Assembly (NCBI GenBank): GCA_035221665.1
Contig: CM069135.1
Coordinates: 33,232,001-33,296,000, forward strand
DNA: 64,000 nucleotides
From: Okamejei kenojei
Lineage: Eukaryota
Direction of reading: 5' to 3'
The translations under genes and the position numbers were made by a program. Below the pieces are notes generated by a model. It was not told the DNA's origin. It worked only from the letters and a program-made list of their open reading frames with translations, and did no database searches. Below are positions 61,756 to 64,000 of this stretch, piece by piece. Position 1 is the stretch's first letter, and each line of letters starts with the position of its first letter.

Positions 61756-64000
61756 GATGGGAGATTTGATGGACACATCAGGCACTCAATTAAAACCAAA
61801 ATGACTGTAGTGGTGGCAAAATGCGCACACTACAGAATTTAATGAAGCCACTCTCCAGTTATCGCTCATCTGACCTAGGGCAGCTGCAGCTGGTCTCACT
61901 GGCACCAGGCACAGGAGATGGAGGGAAACATATTCAGGGTTTCTGCTCCTCCACATCAGTCCACGACTCTGACTTGAAATGTGGGTCTGTAAACTGATGC
62001 TGAAGGCTGTGATATTTTGTGTCGTCTGCCTGCACTTGAATATTGCACATGACAAGTAGCCACTTGGTAAGCCCGAGCAAGTTGGAGCTGGAGGAAATGT
62101 GCCGAAAAAATAAAGCATGGCTTCAGGAAAAGGAGAGTGAAAAGCAGTGAGGTGTGAGTTAGGGTGAGATTTTAAATATCTGATTAGCGAAGACTGAAAG
62201 GAACTACCGACTTGCAGGGTTAAACCAGCAAATACAAGTATTTGGAAGGGAAAATAACATTAATAAGGTCATACATCTTATAACATAGAGAGCCTTTGTG
62301 ATACTCAGTATATGCAGAATTCTCTTTGTACCTATTTAAACTACAAACTTTTGTCCTTCTGAAATAAGTGAAAAATGCAGTAGCTTTTAAGCTCACAATT
62401 ATTTAAAATCTCTGCTCTGTAGCTGAAAGATAAATCTAATATTTAATTGAGATTTTTTTTGTCCAAGATAATGATAACAGATGCAGGATTACATTAATGT
62501 GGTTCAGAAAAATCACAGGGGAGGGAAATAGAACTTACAACTGTCCCTAGCATAGGCACTGCATTTCTAATAAATATCCCACAGTGCATTCTGCCGTACA
62601 GCAGTCATACATTAATTAGTGAAATCAGTGTCACTGCATTGTGTTACATGCATTCATGTGAATCTTCATTTTTCACTTGTGGTGACTTACTAATTAAACA
62701 TAAGCCTTGCAATTAAAAGCAGAAAATGTTGTTAAAAATCTTAATCCAAGCATGCTGCAAAAAAAAAAGCCCACAATTTTGTACATCATTTGGTGAATAC
62801 AAATTGTATTTTTTATATTTTTTTTAATCATGGTAACGTAGCTGCGGAAATGAAGCAGCTTTCATTTTGTCGATGATACTCTGAGTAGTAAGGTGCAATG
62901 TTCCAGAATCTCCTTGCCAGTACCTGGCCCTAGTCCAATGCTTTTAGTGAGTGCTATCTGTCAAGGCATGAATAATACAGCCCCTGGGCTGCCGGCTGAA
63001 TCCAAATGAGGCATACATCACGAAGAAAGCACTCGACTTTAGTTCCAGAACATGCTCCTGCTACGACAGGCAATTATTCACCCACTGCAGCAGCCATGGC
63101 AATCAAACTGGTGGGTGAAAAGGTACACAAAATAAAAAAGAAATTTGAATAAAATACAGCAAAATAGGCCAGAGATTATTGAATAATTATTTTATCAAGA
63201 GAGAGAAATTACCAATTTTATATACCCTCTGAGTTTATTATGTTTCATGGCTTTATGAGAAACTATTCATAAAAATCTGATTTTCACGGGTTGCCGAAAA
63301 TACATAGTTGATGTTGGGAAGTAATAAATTATTATTGCACAAGACAGGGAACACTTTAGAAGAGCAATAAAAAAAGAATCAGACTGGCCATTGTTGAAAA
63401 GGTTAGCAGTTAGTAGATGCTGAATATCTAACCTGCCTTTTTTTTTAAACTGCTCACTGAAAACATGATTGTGGTGTGAGCGGACATGCCATTGCTAATG
63501 CTTACAGAAATAAGAACAAAGGACTTGATAGCCATATTTTTATTGATTCAAGCACTGAACATGTAATCACCCACAACTGCAGTCCTCATTTAAAGTGGAA
63601 GTGTTTGACAAAAACTAGAAACACATAAAAATAGTTGGAATAGAAGTCCAAGTGGGACAACTAATTCCCCCAACATGTACTCCTTTTACGAAGAGCTCCT
63701 CGGGGTCACAACAGAAATTATTTGAAAAAGAGACAAAAGGAAACGAAAGAGAAAATGCTGAAACTGGTCCATCAGCATCCAGAGGGGAAATATTCAATAA
63801 GATTTTAAGCAATATCTTTCTACAGAACTCAAAATATTAGTTAAAGTTTAATATAATCCCTGTGTCATTCCACCACAATAACTGACACAACAAATTGGGA
63901 AAAGCTAAACAATCAATTTGAGAACACAGTAGAAGATACAGTCCAAACAATTATTGTTAACTAAAACAAAAAACCATGAGAAATCCATGTTTCAAAACAC

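Noticed and set aside
31815-64000. Upstream MYT1L exon ([20 protein letters not shown])
   Set aside because: Not found by eye on the minus strand. It probably lies beyond the window, though a missed micro-exon cannot be excluded.

Overview
This is eukaryotic, AT-rich, repeat-dense vertebrate DNA. The repeat set (HE1/V-SINE-like SINEs, HER1/CR1 LINEs, SacSINE1-like Deu-SINEs) points to a cartilaginous fish, probably a skate or ray (inference). The whole window lies inside one minus-strand gene, MYT1L (neuronal C2HC zinc-finger factor). Five coding exons splice in frame: 31814-31522, 29874-28897, 12679-12545, 3843-3753 and 2388-2281. The next upstream exon was not found, so the intron from 31815 appears to run past 64000. 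The introns hold CR1, Rex/Babar, L1/Tx1, RTE-like and Penelope retroelements, SINEs, Tc1, hAT and Harbinger DNA transposons, an internally deleted Gypsy element and a probable solo LTR. Several are nested and several keep readable target-site duplications. The most interesting signal is a dispersed family of short Penelope-derived repeats carrying a minimal hammerhead-ribozyme core (CTGAAGA-A-GGGTCTCGACCC-GAAAC-GTC), often as fold-back pairs, including a 154-bp near-perfect palindrome. Other leads are inverted CR1 copies flanking two exons (circRNA potential) and a Tc1 end joined to the left end of its own family. I cannot establish a wholly new system from sequence alone. Most short ORFs in the track are spurious or transposon debris. 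Repeat-family names come from recalled consensus motifs, not a database search.
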